64,000 bases of DNA from Octopus vulgaris (GCA_951406725.2 OX597814.1:192634001-192698000); one strand, 5' to 3'. Positions 40,262 through 53,988 are shown, counted from the first letter of the stretch. Numbers and translations: made by a program. The notes: a model not told the origin generated them from the sequence alone.

Positions 40262-40598
40262 TTTGTTAGTATTTTAATAGGGAGCACTCTGTTGGATACG
40301 ACGACGAGGGTCCCAGCTGATACAATCAACAGAACAGCCTGCTCATGAAATTAACGTGCAAGTGACTGAGCAATCCACAGACACACGTACCCCTAACGTA
40401 GTTCTCAGGGAGATTCAGCGAGACACAGAGTGTGATAAGGCAGGCCCTTTGAAATAGAGGTACAACTCATTTTTGCCAGCTGAGTGGACTGGAGCAACAT
40501 GAAATAAAGTGTCTTGCTCAAGGACACAACGTGTCGCCGGGAATCGAACTCACAACCTTATAATCGTGAGCCGAATGCCCTAACCACTAAGCCACGCA
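40262..40598 (-). mobile_element. tRNA-derived SINE family D
   Basis: Minus head GCGTGGCTTAGTGGTTAGGG...GAGTTCGATTCCCG; related copies near 10230-10545, 14395-14925, 52550-52885. Confidence 0.75.
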
Positions 40599-41258
40599 TG
40601 TAGTATTTTAATACTATAAGAATAAAAAACATGAATAAATTACAAAATGCGTTTTGAATATTAAAAAAATTGTGAGCTGGCAGAAATGTTAGCATGTTGG
40701 GCATAAAAAAACCTAGTGGTATTTCATCTGTCTTTACATTCTGATTTCAGAGCTGACCTGATGAAGTCAACTTAGCCTTTCATCCTTTCAGGGTTGATGA
40801 AATAAATACCAGTTGTGTACTAGGGTCGATCTAATCAACTTAGTCATCCCCGCTGAACTTGCTGGCATTGTGCCAAAATTTGAAATCAATATTTAACACA
40901 CACATACACACACACACCAAAAAAAAAAAAACTAAACAAAGAATCTTAATAACAAAAGAAATTTTTTGAAATTTATAAGAATCAGCCACAAATAACAATA
41001 ATGATTTGGAAAAAAAAAATTATAGATCAGCAATTTGAGAATGAATGAAGCATTATTGAAATGCTGATCACAAGAATTTCAGCTGCTATTAATTACCACA
41101 GGAAATGTTCAGGCATTAGAATCAATAAAAAGAAAAGAAAAAAAAAAGAGAGAAAAGACCAGAAAGTCTGAGAATATAAAGAAAATGAAAAACACCTGTT
41201 TCACCAGGTCGGAAACTTTTTTTCTAAAGCAAGCAAAAGCCTTATAGAACATAACTGT

Positions 41259-41353
41259 AAGAAGAAAGAAGAAGAAGGAAGAAAAAGAAAGAAAGAAAAG
41301 AAGGAAGAAAGAAAGAAAGAAGAAAGAAAGGAAGGAAGGAAGAAGAAGAAGAA
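41259..41353. repeat. Polypurine (GAA/GAAA/GGAA)n tract
   Basis: ~95 nt of A/G only; polypyrimidine on the SUZ12 sense strand. Confidence 0.9.
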
Positions 41354-44128
41354 TGTTTACAAAAGATTTAGTGTAAAACAGGAATGCTTATCTAATACAA
41401 GATAAGTTCATTGCAGAACTGAGCCAAGATTTGATTTCAAGTTGGAGCAATTTCCCTCCATTTTTTTTTTATCTTTCACTTGTTTCAGTTATTGGATTGT
41501 GGCCATGCTGGAGTACTGCCTCCCAGGGTTTAGCTGAGCAAATTGACCCCAGTACTTCTTCTTTCCTCCCACTTAAAGTCTGGTAGTTATTCTACTGGGG
41601 TTTTTTTTTTTTGTTGAACCACCAAGTTATTAGGATGTAAACAAACCAACACTAGTTGTCAAGTAGTAATGGGGGACAAGCACAAAGACACATGACAGGA
41701 TTCCACAGTTTCTGTTTACCAAATTCATTCACAAGGCATTGGTCAGTCCAAGGCTATTATAGTAGAAGACACTCGTCCAAGCTGCTGTGCAGTGGGACTG
41801 AACTTGAAACCACATGGTTACAAAGTAAGCTTCTTAACCACACAGCCATGGCTGTGCCTATTAGTTCATTAATACTCTTAGAGAAAGCAAGAATGGCTGA
41901 GCTTTGTCTCTCTCGACTCCATAAACCTTCAACTTCAAATGCAGTATACATAGAGCTAAGCTCTTGAAAAACAGAGCATCTGCTCATCATCATCGTTTAA
42001 CATCCGCTTTCCATGCTAGCATGGGTTGGACAATTTGACTGAGGACTAGCAAACCAGATGGCTGCATCAGGCTCCAATCTTGATCTGGCAGAGTTTCTAC
42101 AACTGGGTGCCCTTCCTAACGCCAACCACTCTGAGTGCTTAGTGGGTGCTAGCACAAGGGCCAGTCAAGCGGTACTGGCAACGGCCATGCTCAAATGGTG
42201 TTTTTTTTTACATGCTACCTGCACAGGAGCCAGTCCAGCAGCACTGGCAACGACCTCGCTCAAATGTTTTATTACGTGCCATTAAGGTGTCACTGGTAAC
42301 GATCACGCTTGAATGGTGCTTTTTACGTGCCACCAGCACTCAGTGAAAATTTGAACCTGCAATTACCAATCATAATGGAGAAAGTGACTAAATTATTTTT
42401 ATTCATTCAAACAGGAAAAGCAACAGTGACCACACCAGTGTCTTCCCAGCAAGACACTCTATGTGGTCGTTTAACTTGCTACAAATAGCAGTCAAACCTC
42501 TCCTAATCCTTTATCATTCAGATTACTCAGTCAAATGTAATGCTTATTTATTCATATTGTTTCGAATGAATCATGCATTAACTCGCAGCATTGGATTTTT
42601 CAATGATGTGATTATTTTTAGAATGACATTGTAAGGTAGATGTAAGTGGCAGGATCTGGCTTAACAAAGTAGAATATTTGGACTGGATATGGCTGGTTTA
42701 AGTAAAAGATTAAATCCAACCCTAGCATAGGACAGGAATGATCCAGGGTACCCACACATTGCAAAAAAGATCATGGCGTGATCATGGATGTGAGATGATG
42801 TGCTCAATCAGGCTTAGCTGGGGGGGTTAATTAAACCAACAGGAAATTTATATACTCTTTTACTTGTTTCAGTCATTTGACTGCGGCCATGCTGGAGCAC
42901 TGCCTTTAGTTGAACAGATCAACCTCAGGACTTATTCTTTGTAAGCCTGGTACTTATTCTACCAGTCTCTTTTGCTGAACCGCTAAGTTACAGGAACATA
43001 AACACACCAACATTGGTTGTCAAAGCGAAGGGGGGGGGGGGTAAACACATACATACAAACACATACATATATACATATGACGGGCTTGTTTCAGTTTCCA
43101 TCAACCAAATCCGCTCACAAAGCTTTGGTCGGTCCGGCAAGAAGACACTTGCCCAAGTGCCATGCAGTGGGACTGAACCCGGAACTATGTGGTTGAGAAG
43201 CAAGCCTCTTACCACACAGCCACGCCTGCACCTATACATGTACTGGAAATATCCAACAACCCACAGAACTTATGAATTAATCTGAAATAAAGATACATAT
43301 TTATTCCAGATACTGATTGAAATATTAAATCTCAAAGATCCCAATCGTACCAATTATACACCCAAATTAGATGAAATTCTGATTCTTCATATGACAGGTA
43401 TGAGAGGTATTCTATTGATTATTCACCAGACGGCATACCCTTAAATTATCAAAGAGTAACATTGTTTTAACATCCACTGTTCCATGCTCGCATGGGTCAG
43501 ATGGAATTTATTTAGCTAGATTTTCTACAGCCAGATGCCCTTCCTATTGCTAACCCTCACCTATTACCAAAAAAAGGTAATTTTTCCTCGTGGCTAGAAA
43601 GGACACTGCAGTATGACAGCAACACTCGTTTACAGCAATTAACGAGATACACGCGATGGGCACCATTTCTATGTAGGCACGCATAACTCCTTTAATAGGA
43701 CAAGATTATAATCTTATGATTACATGGTTACGTTATGCTACATGATTGACACTTAATCAACTCTAGAGTATAAAAGACAATGATTGGATCAGATTGGAGC
43801 CTGGTGCAGCTTACTGGCTTGCCAGTCCTCAGTCAAACCGTCCAACCTGTGCGAGCATGGATAGCACGACATTAAATAATGATGATGACAATGATGATAA
43901 AAGAGAACTCCAACAGAATTTGAAACTTAGAAACACTAGACACTAGACTGGAGCCCAGAAAGCAACTGGTCAAGTTTCTTCCCCCTTTTCTCTTCTATAT
44001 TTATAAATGCCAACTAATTGGTTTCAAACACTGCATAGTTTTAATATATATACTTAAACCTGTATGTATGGTACACAAAATAATACAATAAAAAAAAGGG
44101 TCAAAATACTGTGATATTAATACTTTAA

Positions 44129-44349
44129 CCCTTTAGTGTTCACATTATTCTGCCAAAACTAAAGCTTTTTCATCCACTTTGTTTTGAACTAATCATGCAT
44201 TATCTTGTAGTTATGAGATTTTGATGAGGTAGCTATTAATTTTTAAGATGATATTGTAAGGTTGGTGTGAGAGACCAGATATGGCCAGTTTGAACATAAA
44301 ACAGGCAGAATACTTTTGGCCAGATAAGGCCGGTTTAAATGCTAAAGGG
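44129..44349. mobile_element. piggyBac-like MITE family 1
   Basis: TTAA target duplication with CCCTTTAG/CTAAAGGG termini. Confidence 0.8.
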
Positions 44350-45319
44350 TTAAATGTGCTACCAGTGTACAAGATATAAGCTTGTACGAAATCGTTATAA
44401 ATATATAGGCAGGGGCTGTACAAAATGGAGGGAAGTATGTCTGCTATCTGGGGTTTTAATGGCTGTCTATAGTAATTTCACTTAGATCACTAATGTCCTA
44501 CAGAAAATAAATAAATGTTAGTGACATAAACCCATTTCCTATCTTGTGTGCATGTTAATTAAAAAAAAAGGGAGGGGGAAAAAGTCAATTTAGAAAGGTG
44601 TCCTACATATTTAAATTCTAAGTTAGCTAAACATTTGATACTGGGTGGGGTTGTACAAATATAGAACAGGCCTAAACAAGGATAGCCATCGTTTATGATT
44701 AACATGATGAAAAAGAAATTAACCCCCTCTCTCATAATTTTCCACTTAGCCCTTTTGTTACCATATTTCTATTGAGATGCTCTGTGTTTCTTTCAATTAA
44801 TTTTAAATACGATAAAGAATTTAGTAAAATAACTTAGTTATCATTCAGCTGGTGTTAGGAACAGAAATTGTGAGTAAGGTTTGGTAGAAGAATTCTAATT
44901 CAAAACTTAGGAAAACCAAGATATTTTGTACTCAGAGCCAGAGCCAGGTTGGTAATGAAAGGGTTAAATGGGACACTATGTTGAAAACTACATAGCTTGT
45001 TCGGTTTGAAGGAAAATGAAATGGAGGGAAAGTATCAAATTCTCTAAGAAAAATGTGCAATGGGGTTGGCTCAGTGTCTTTGTATATATTAAGAGGGTTA
45101 GCCGGATCAAGCTAACACGGTTCTAAACTCAACTCATAGTAATTTTAATTTAGTCCAATATGTATTTATTTCAATGAAGGTATAGATTTACAGGTTTATA
45201 CAAACGGGCTGAATGAAATAGGAAGAATAAAGGGAGAATAAAATGACATTTTTAGTTGAGAAAAAAAGCGAGCGGGTGGAAATACAATGAGAAATTTCAT
45301 AAAGAAATGAATGAAAAAT

Positions 45320-45523
45320 AATTGCAGCGTGGGAGGTGTTTATAAGCCATTTAAGAAACACACAAAAGCCGTTTGATTCACTTCAACATTTAAGTTTAAT
45401 TTGTCAAAATATTTTCTCAAAGTGACGAAAATATTTTGACAAATTAAATTTAAATGCTGAAGTGAATCTAACGGTTTTTGTGTGTTTCTTAAATGGTTTA
45501 TAAACACCTTCCACGGTGCAATT
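45320..45523. repeat. Foldback palindrome, ~97-bp arms, 10-nt loop
   Basis: Arms pair around TCAAAGTGAC with scattered mismatches. Confidence 0.9.
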
Positions 45524-46205
45524 GTTTTTGTTCCAGCACACGATCTCAGATCAGGTCACTTGCTATGCAAGTATATCTGTAATGAATGAAAAATATTTTT
45601 CCTAATTAACAATCAAAACTTTTTTCTTAAAGAAAAAAACCCAACAATGATGCACTTTTTTTTATCCACTAGAAATTATGACGAAATCTTTCTTCTAAAT
45701 AATTAATAGGCATGGCTGTGTGATAAGAAGATTCCAGGTTCAGTGCCACTGTGTAGGACTTTGGGTTAGTGCTTTCTACTATAGCCTCGGGCCAATCAGA
45801 GCCTTGTGAGCGGATGTGGTAAACGGAAATGGAAAGCTCGTTGTGTGCGTCCGCCCATCCCACCACCGCGCGACAACTGGTGTTAGTGTGTTTATATCTC
45901 CACAACTTAGCAGTTCGGCCAAAAAGATTGATCAAATAAATACCAGGCTTTAAAAAAATAAGTAGAAGTTGATACATTCGACTAAAAATTCTGGCCGCAG
46001 TCTAATCACTGAAAGAAGTAAAAAAAAAAATAATAATTTATGGTAAAAATCTAAGTTTGCGATTCAACGTGATTTTAAGCACGAATTTAATTATCCCCCG
46101 ACTATCACGGGCGTTACGTTCCAAAACCTCCAACAGAAATAAAATCTAAAACGATAAATAAATACCTAACGGTCGCAGAAACCAGCGATATAGATTTACA
46201 TATAT

Positions 46206-46616
46206 GGATCTTTTCGGTTTAAACAGCAATATTTAACAATTTCTAGGTAACTAAAAAATGCTAAACTTCGTATACTAGTAGAATGTGTTTATAAAACATC
46301 TTTTTCTCTTGGTTTTATTGAGAAAATTATATAGTTTGTAAGATATATGTTGTTTTTTTCTTCAATTTCTGCAATTTCAACCAATCACTGACGTCTATTG
46401 AGGTAAAAAAAAAAATTCTGTGCCGTATGAATATGTCCTTCGTTTAAGAAACAGATTGGGTTTATTTACATTTCTGAAGAAAAAAAGATACCCTTCCCCC
46501 CACCCCTAACCCTAAAACGGATTGAAATGCAATAGATCGATACTAGGGTCATAATTATGGGCGACAATTTCATATGACACCGCTAGAAAAAACTGCCGTT
46601 CAAACCGAAAAGATCC
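46206..46616. mobile_element. Longer MITE of the same GG-TIR family, nested in a Tigger/pogo-like element (~46090-46770)
   Basis: TIR GGATCTTTTCGGTTT / AAACCGAAAAGATCC; flanks ACATATAT and ACGTATAT; shares internal sequence with 9725-9897. Confidence 0.78.
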
Positions 46617-47370
46617 ACGTATATTAGCCAGAAAAATCCACGATGTAAATAAATAAATAAATACCTAACGGCCGCAGAAACCCGCGATATAAATTTACAT
46701 ATATTAGCCAGAAAAATCCGCGATGTACTGAGTGCGCGATAAGTGAACTGCGATATGGCGAAGGAATAAACTAAGGAAGTAGACACCGAATACTCCGAGT
46801 TGTTTATTAAAAACAAATTAAAATAAACGCAAAACACATATATACTTATGTGCATGCATTACTGTACGTATGCCTATTCAAAGTATCTGATATGAGTACA
46901 TTGAAAGATAAAGAGAATGGAGTGAAAGAAAACGAAACAGAAACGATATAACAATGGCTAAAAAGGCTGGTTTCGAGAAAATATATTTATAAATGACAAA
47001 AGAAAGAATCGAAACCGTGGGAGGCGGCTGGACGTATTTAAGCCGGTATTAAATAGAAAATGTTGATAACAAGATACCAACAAACGTATGGGTTTTTAAG
47101 TAGGAATTATAAATACATAAGGAGGTTGGATAAGTGATTGTGTAGGCGCTGGGCTGAGTTAACAGAAGTTGATGGTAGTATAAGTAAGAATCAATGAACC
47201 TTGTTAGAAATTATATAGTGTCGTTTGAAAAAGACTCGAATAACTAACATAAAAATCTCACTTGGCTAGCCAAGGAGCAGAGGTAACATTCTGTATTATT
47301 CACGAAACAGATTCAACTAAACAAGGATCGAAAATAAACTGAAAACTCAGCTCACCGGGGCTTAACTAAA

Positions 47371-47769
47371 TCTTCTATATATATAAAGCTGAAGTTGTTT
47401 GTGTATGGCAGGTTTGGTAGCCTTCAACTAACACTATCTCCTCCGAGACCCTGTGGCGCAAGTTGACCAAAATTGAGAGTATGATAGAAGAAGGTTTGCT
47501 CTTCCTTCCGTAGAAGAAAAAAATCAAATCAGACCATGTTAACACCAAAAATTATTTACATCAAAAAGGTGCTTTTTTTTTTCCTATGAAAATTCCTATT
47601 TTTTACGATTTTTTTGACTGCTGTGTCGTCATTTTTCGGTGTATTTCAACCAGAAAAATGTTCACTTAAAGAGAATAACAAGCTACATAATGCAAAATTT
47701 TTACTTTTTAAAAATTCCAATTCTAAAGGGTCGAAACAAACCCGAGCAACCGCCGGGCGATACTGCTAG
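47371..47769 (+). mobile_element. Non-autonomous Helitron-like element
   Basis: A|TC ... hairpin-CTAG|T; near-identical to 59820-60199. Confidence 0.78.
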
Positions 47770-49157
47770 TATGAATTAAAATATTAACAAACGTTAAGAG
47801 GTTGGGTGCAGGCTTGGAGACAACATAATGAATGCTGGTTAACAGACGTCGGCAGACAATTTAATTTTTATAACTCATTAACGAAAAATAACAGAGGCGG
47901 GAAAAACTTTAAATATCAATAAATAATTTTTTTTTGTTTTTAATTAAATCATGTTAGTTTTTCACTGTAGGAAAAAGAAAAGCAATATTCAAACAAAACC
48001 GGATTTGATAAACAAACTTCCAATAAAACTGAATATTTTTCCTTTTTGCTTGATCAGGAAATCTATCGTCGTGTTGATAAATAATTAAATAAGTGAACTA
48101 ACTACAAGTAACTTAAATATTTCTAAACATCATTTAACCAACCTACTGACAACCTTGTCTTAGTAATTTACAAGGTATTGATTATATATAACACTGAGAA
48201 TGTGTCTGTCTGTCTGTGTGAATCCCTAAAACTTGAGAACTACACAACCAATTTCATTCAAATTTTACACATGCCTTACTTAGGGTCCATGTAGTGACAT
48301 GGGTAAAAAATTTTTTTAACATTTTGCCTAGTGCGAGCCCACAGCAATATCATATCTTCTTCACTATTTCAAAAGATATAGATGTATATGTATACATACA
48401 TGTATGTGTAGATGTGTATATATATAGATGTACATGTAATATGTACACATATATACATGCATACATATATACACCCATACACACACACATACATAGGTGC
48501 AGGTGCGGCTGTGTGGTAACAAACTTGATTCCAAAACACATGGTCCTGAGTTCAGTCCCATTGTGTGGTAACTTGGCATGTCTTCTGAGGGTCTATTAGA
48601 GATTAAAGTCTCAATAAAAAACAAATTAAAAAAGCCTTACAACATTACATATCGACAGGTTTTTTCCGAAATTATTTTCATTATACGTAAATAATGAAAT
48701 TCTAATTATTTTCCATATAGGGGCCACCCAACCATAAAAGCAAAAACGTGTGTGGAACATGAATGTTTTACGATATATCTGGAAGAATTAAACATTTGCT
48801 GCTCTTAAATATATATCTTAATACGCGTGGTTGTGTATGTAGTAAGAAAATTGCATCCTAACCATATGGTTCCGGGATCAGTCCCACTGAGTCTTCTACT
48901 ATAGCCCTGGGCTGACCAAAGCCTTGTGTGGGTGGATTTGGTAGATGGAAACGGAAAGAAGCCTATCGTTTATGTGAATGTATATGTATGTGTTCTTTAC
49001 AAATGGCTTAGCCAGTGTTGGCTAACTTAGTGGTTCAGCAAAACAAACGGATAGAATAAATACTAGGGTTAAAACTAAGTACTGGGGGTCGATTTGTTTG
49101 ACTAAACCCTTCAAGGTGGTGCTCCAACTTGGCTGCAGTCCAATGACTGAAACAAAA

Positions 49158-49196
<39 letters not shown>

Positions 49197-49385
49197 CATA
49201 ACACAAATAAATATAAATACAAACCACCACTACTGCCAATGCAGAATCTGAAGAGCACATGGCCAAATCACCTTCAAATACCTGTAAGCACTTTTTTCTA
49301 GGGGTGGGTGAGCAGCTGAGCTGTAAAGGCCCCTTACATTGTCTGGAACGATCACTCAAATAACTAGACAAGTCTGCCCTATACC

Positions 49386-49800
49386 AATTTCCTTACTACC
49401 CACAAGGGGATAAACACAGAGGGGACAAACAAGGACAGACAAACGGATTAAGTCGATTATATCGACCCCAGTGTGTAACTGGTACTTAATTTATCGACCC
49501 CGAAAGGATGAAAGGCAAAGTCGACCTTGGCGGAATTCGAACTCAGAATGCAGTGGCAGACGAAATACCTATTTCTTTATTACCCACAAGGGGCTGAACA
49601 TAGAGGGGACAAACATGGACAGACATAGGTATTAAGTCGATTATATCGACCCCAGTGCTTAACTGGTACTTAATTTATCGACCCCGAAAGGATGAAAGGT
49701 AAAGTCGACCTCGGCGGAATTTGAACTCACAACGTAACGGCAGACGAAATACCGCTAGGCATTTCGCCCGGCGTGCTAACGTTTCTGCCAGCTCACCACC
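49386..49800 (-). mobile_element. SINE family B, tandem dimer
   Basis: Same internal junction GACGAAATAC|CTATTTCTTT as at 22313 and 32345. Confidence 0.85.
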
Positions 49801-50456
49801 TTTGCTCCTTATTTCATACCAACAAACACTGGATTGTTGTAGTTATTCACCAAGCCATACATAAAACTGATCAGATAATTGCAGCTATTATTTCAAACCA
49901 ATGCAAAATTGTATACCCTACACGGAATAAGCTTCTCTTTTGGCACACCTTCTGTTTGGGTCCTTAGCTTGGTTGCTTTTTTAATTTTTTCCTCGTTTAC
50001 CCAGATGCCTAAACAGCCTTCTCCAATCTCTATTTCAATAAGGGTGACACTGGGTCAATAAGGGTGACAATAAGGGTCAATAAGGGTGACACTGCAAAGG
50101 AGTGGAAAGAAGGACACTTGTTTCTTGGTCCTCAACTTCATGTTCATTGGCCCCCTAAGAAGAGAACACGAGCTGGAGTTGCGACCAGAGATACCCAGGG
50201 AACAGCAGTTTCTGTTAATTCTCTTCTCTCAAGTGGTCCTTACTGTTACTCACGTAAGCTATTGAGCAGCATTGCCTGTTACATGACTTCCTTTTTTGCA
50301 CTCATGACAGTAGAGACGTGGACTAATTCTGCGTCCTCTGGTGGGAGTCATTAGGACTTGTGTGTCTGTTATCAACCCAGATCATTCCTTGTTACATTAG
50401 CACTCACATCCTGTCACTATTATGTCGCAAAAATAACAATGAAATAAAGATCAATA

Positions 50457-50623
50457 TGGCATGGGAGTGGCTGTGTGGTAAGTAGCTTGCTTACCAACCA
50501 CATGGTTCTGGGTTCAGTCCCACTGCATGGCACCTTGGGCAAGTGTCTTCTACTATAGCCTCGGGCCAACCAAAGCCTTGTGAGTGGATTTGGTAGACGG
50601 AAATTGAAAGAAGCCCGTTGTAC

Positions 50624-50699
<76 letters not shown>

Positions 50700-50917
50700 G
50701 TGTGTGTATATGTTTGTGTGTCTGTGTTTGTCCCCTCAACATCGCTTGACAACTGTTGCTGGTGTGTTTACGTCCCTGTAACTTACCGGTTCGGCAGAAA
50801 AAGAGACCGATAGAACAAGTACTAGGCTTACAAAGAATAAGTCCCGGGGTCGATTTGCTCGACTAAAAGCGGTGCTCCAGCATGGCTGTAGTCAAATGAC
50901 TGAAACAAGTAAAAGAG
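50457..50917 (+). mobile_element. tRNA-derived SINE family A, plus orientation
   Basis: Same consensus with (TG)n(TA)n core; other plus copies near 19933, 25820, 31795, 45708, 48825. Confidence 0.9.
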
Positions 50918-52167
50918 CATGGTTTTGTATGATGCCAACCAAGGCACAAGTTTCTGAGCAGGTGTGTATCAAAGTAATTTTTAGAATTACCTGTGAGTGC
51001 AAATACTTAAAATAATAACCTGCAACTTGCACAATAATCCATTGTATTTCCATGACTATTGTGTAGTCAACCACTATCATACTGGAAAAGGATGTAAGCT
51101 TCTATAAATATTTAAAAAGGGGCAGCAAGCACAAAAATAAATAAATAAAGTAATCTTTTATTGATTTCAGTAATTGCGGTTATGCTGGGGCACTGTCTAT
51201 AACGATTTTAGTCAATCATATAACACTCATTAACCTTCATTTGTTTTAAATTATTATTAGTAGTAGTAGTAGTAGTAGCAGCAAAGTGGCAAGTTGGCAG
51301 AATTGTTAGCACGACAGGCAAAATGATTTGCAGCATTTCATCCGCCCTTGCATTCTGAGTTCAAATTCAGCTGAGGTCGAATTTGCTTTTTATCCTTTAG
51401 GGGTTGATGAAACAAGTACCAGTTATGACTGGGATTGATGTAAATCAAATGGCACCCCCCACCCTCAAAATTTCAAGCCTTGTGCCTATAGTAGAAAGGA
51501 TTATTATTATTATTATTATTATTATTATCATCAAGGTGGTGAGCTGACAGTCATTTGCAAACCAGACAAAATGTTTGGCATGATTTAATTTGTCTTTATG
51601 TCCCAAGTTCAAATTCCGCAGTAGTTGAAAGGATTTAGGGTTAGGGTTAGGTTTCGCCTTTAATTGAAAAAGGTATTATAAAAGGAAAAAGGGGCTCTCT
51701 ACCCAACTTTTGATCAAGCTCCCATTGGCTTTTATGGGTTTTTCCACCAGGAACCTTTCGTAATACCTCCCCCTATTGGGAGATTTTCGTTGTTATATTA
51801 TTTGATTGTTACACTGTTTTTACATGATTTTTTCACAAATTGACAAAACCCTTGGTAACCTTCGTCCTGTTTTGTCCCTTTATGTTTTCTAATCATGTGT
51901 GTCAGCCCTTGTGGCCAATAAAAAGAATTAATTATTATTATTATTATTAAGGTGGCAAGCTGGCAGAACCATTACCACACTGGTCGAAATGCATAGCAGT
52001 ATTTTGCCCATTGCTACATTCTGAGATGAAACTCCGCTGAAATCGACTTTGCCATTCATCCTTTCGGGGTTGATAAATTAAATACCAGTTAAGTACTAGA
52101 GGTCGATGTAATTGACTAGTCCCCTCCCCCAAAATTTCAGGCCTTGTGCCTATAGTAGAAAAGATTA

Positions 52168-52525
52168 TTACCTTCGCTTTAGTGAAAGCGGAGGTATTGT
52201 TTTCAGTTGTATTTGTTTATCCATGGACAAGATATCTCAAGAACCGCTCAATGGATTCAGATGAAACTTTCTGAGATGTTTGGCCTCACAACTGATACAA
52301 ACTGATTAGATTTTGGGATCGATCCAGTATTGAACAAGGATTCTGGATTATTTTTCCGTTTTTTTTTTTTAACTTAATTTTTGAGAGCAGTCAGGTTCAT
52401 TTTTAGTATTCTCGTTTGTGAGAGCAGTCGAGTTTATTTCAGATATTCTCATTTTAAAAATCATCTCTGGCTAATCATTGAGGACATTGGTGTAGCCTTG
52501 GTTTGCGCTCTCTGAGTGCTCGTTA
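52168..52525 (+). mobile_element. Helentron-associated (HINE/DINE-like) element
   Basis: Starts TTACCTTCGC...GCGGAGGTA (subterminal inverted repeat) and ends GGTTTGCGCTCTCTGAGTGC (3' stem-loop). Confidence 0.55.
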
Positions 52526-53988
52526 TTATTATTGTTATTCATTTGCGTAAAGGCACATGGCTCAGTGGTTAGAGCATCGAGCTTACGATTGTGAGGTTAT
52601 GAGCTCGAATCCATGACCGGGTTGCATGTTGTGTTCTTGAGCAAGACACTTTATTTCACGTTACTCTAGTTCACTCAGCTGCAGAAATGAGTTGTGACGT
52701 TACAGATGCCAAGCTGTATCAGTCCCTTTGCCTTTCCCTTGGATAACACTGGTGGCGTGGAGAGGGGAGGCCGGTATGCATGGGCAACTGCTGGTCTTCC
52801 ATAAACAACCTTGACTGGACTTGTGCCTGGGAGGGTAACTTTCTAGGTGTAATCCCATGGTCTGTGTTGTGACCGAAGGGGGTCTCAGAATTCATTTGCA
52901 AAATTATGTATTCTAATGCCAAACATTATTCACCAAAGATCTAAAATTACTCAGTGGTATTCAGAATATAACTGGTTTGCATATATTCAGTTAGTGATCT
53001 CCAAATTGCTTCCTTTTTTTTTTTAACCTTCTAAATATTGAAGTAGAACTTAGAAAAAGAAACTATAAAAAATACTGAATGAAGTGCCTTTTTGAAATTA
53101 TAAGTGAATACTGCTTGAAAATATGCTTGTAGTTCAAATATTCTTTGTCTAAACAACCACAACTTTAGTACAAGTTTAAATGTGAATATGTACAGGAGTA
53201 TGTGTGTTTGTGACCAAAATAAACCATTTCAACTTATAAGCCTAGAGCCTCAACCACAGTCATCTTGTTCTGGGCAGAGTGTTGTTTTCAGTCATTATTT
53301 GCCTTAGAAATGGGATAGGCTCCAGTATAATGAACCTGTAAAAGTGTGATAACAATCAACACACACACACACACCTTTAAAACAACTTACAAGCATCCAA
53401 AATACATTGAGTCACACATTTTATCAACTGACAGCTACGTTTGCTCTTCAAATACAAAATGTGAAACTAATCAGAAACAATTAACAATATTTTTTTTTTT
53501 CAATGAAATGCTTGATAAGCAGAGCTTCAAATTAATTTATTTTTATTTGTGCAAGTAACCATACAATTTTAATTGTCTGATGGCAACATTTGCTACTTTT
53601 GGTCCGTGATTAAAGTGAAACTCTCAAATGTTCTATTAAGTAAAATATCTACTTATAAAATATGAGAGGAAGAGAGAGAGAAAGAGAGAGAGAGATACAC
53701 GTGTATGACTTATGGAGACAAAATGTTAAATGTGACAGACTACAAAGAGAAAGTTTTGTTATCTGCTGTCAGAGTAGAAAATGATTCAACAAAAATAAAT
53801 GTCTATAAACCAAAAAGTCAGGCATTTCAGTCAGTACATTATTCATTTTCATAATAACTACAAACATAAAGCAGCAAGCCAGCTGAATCATTAATGCAGT
53901 GAACAAAATGCTTATTGGCATTTCTTGCAGATCATTACATTTCTGAGTTTAAATCCTGCCTAGGTCAAACTTTCTTCTTTCTTCTTCA

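Noticed and set aside
50457-50530. tRNA genes
   Set aside because: A/B-box heads belong to SINEs; no complete cloverleaf seen.
51635-51652. TTAGGG telomeric repeats (also CCCTAA near 46504)
   Set aside because: Only 2-3 units, embedded in repeats.
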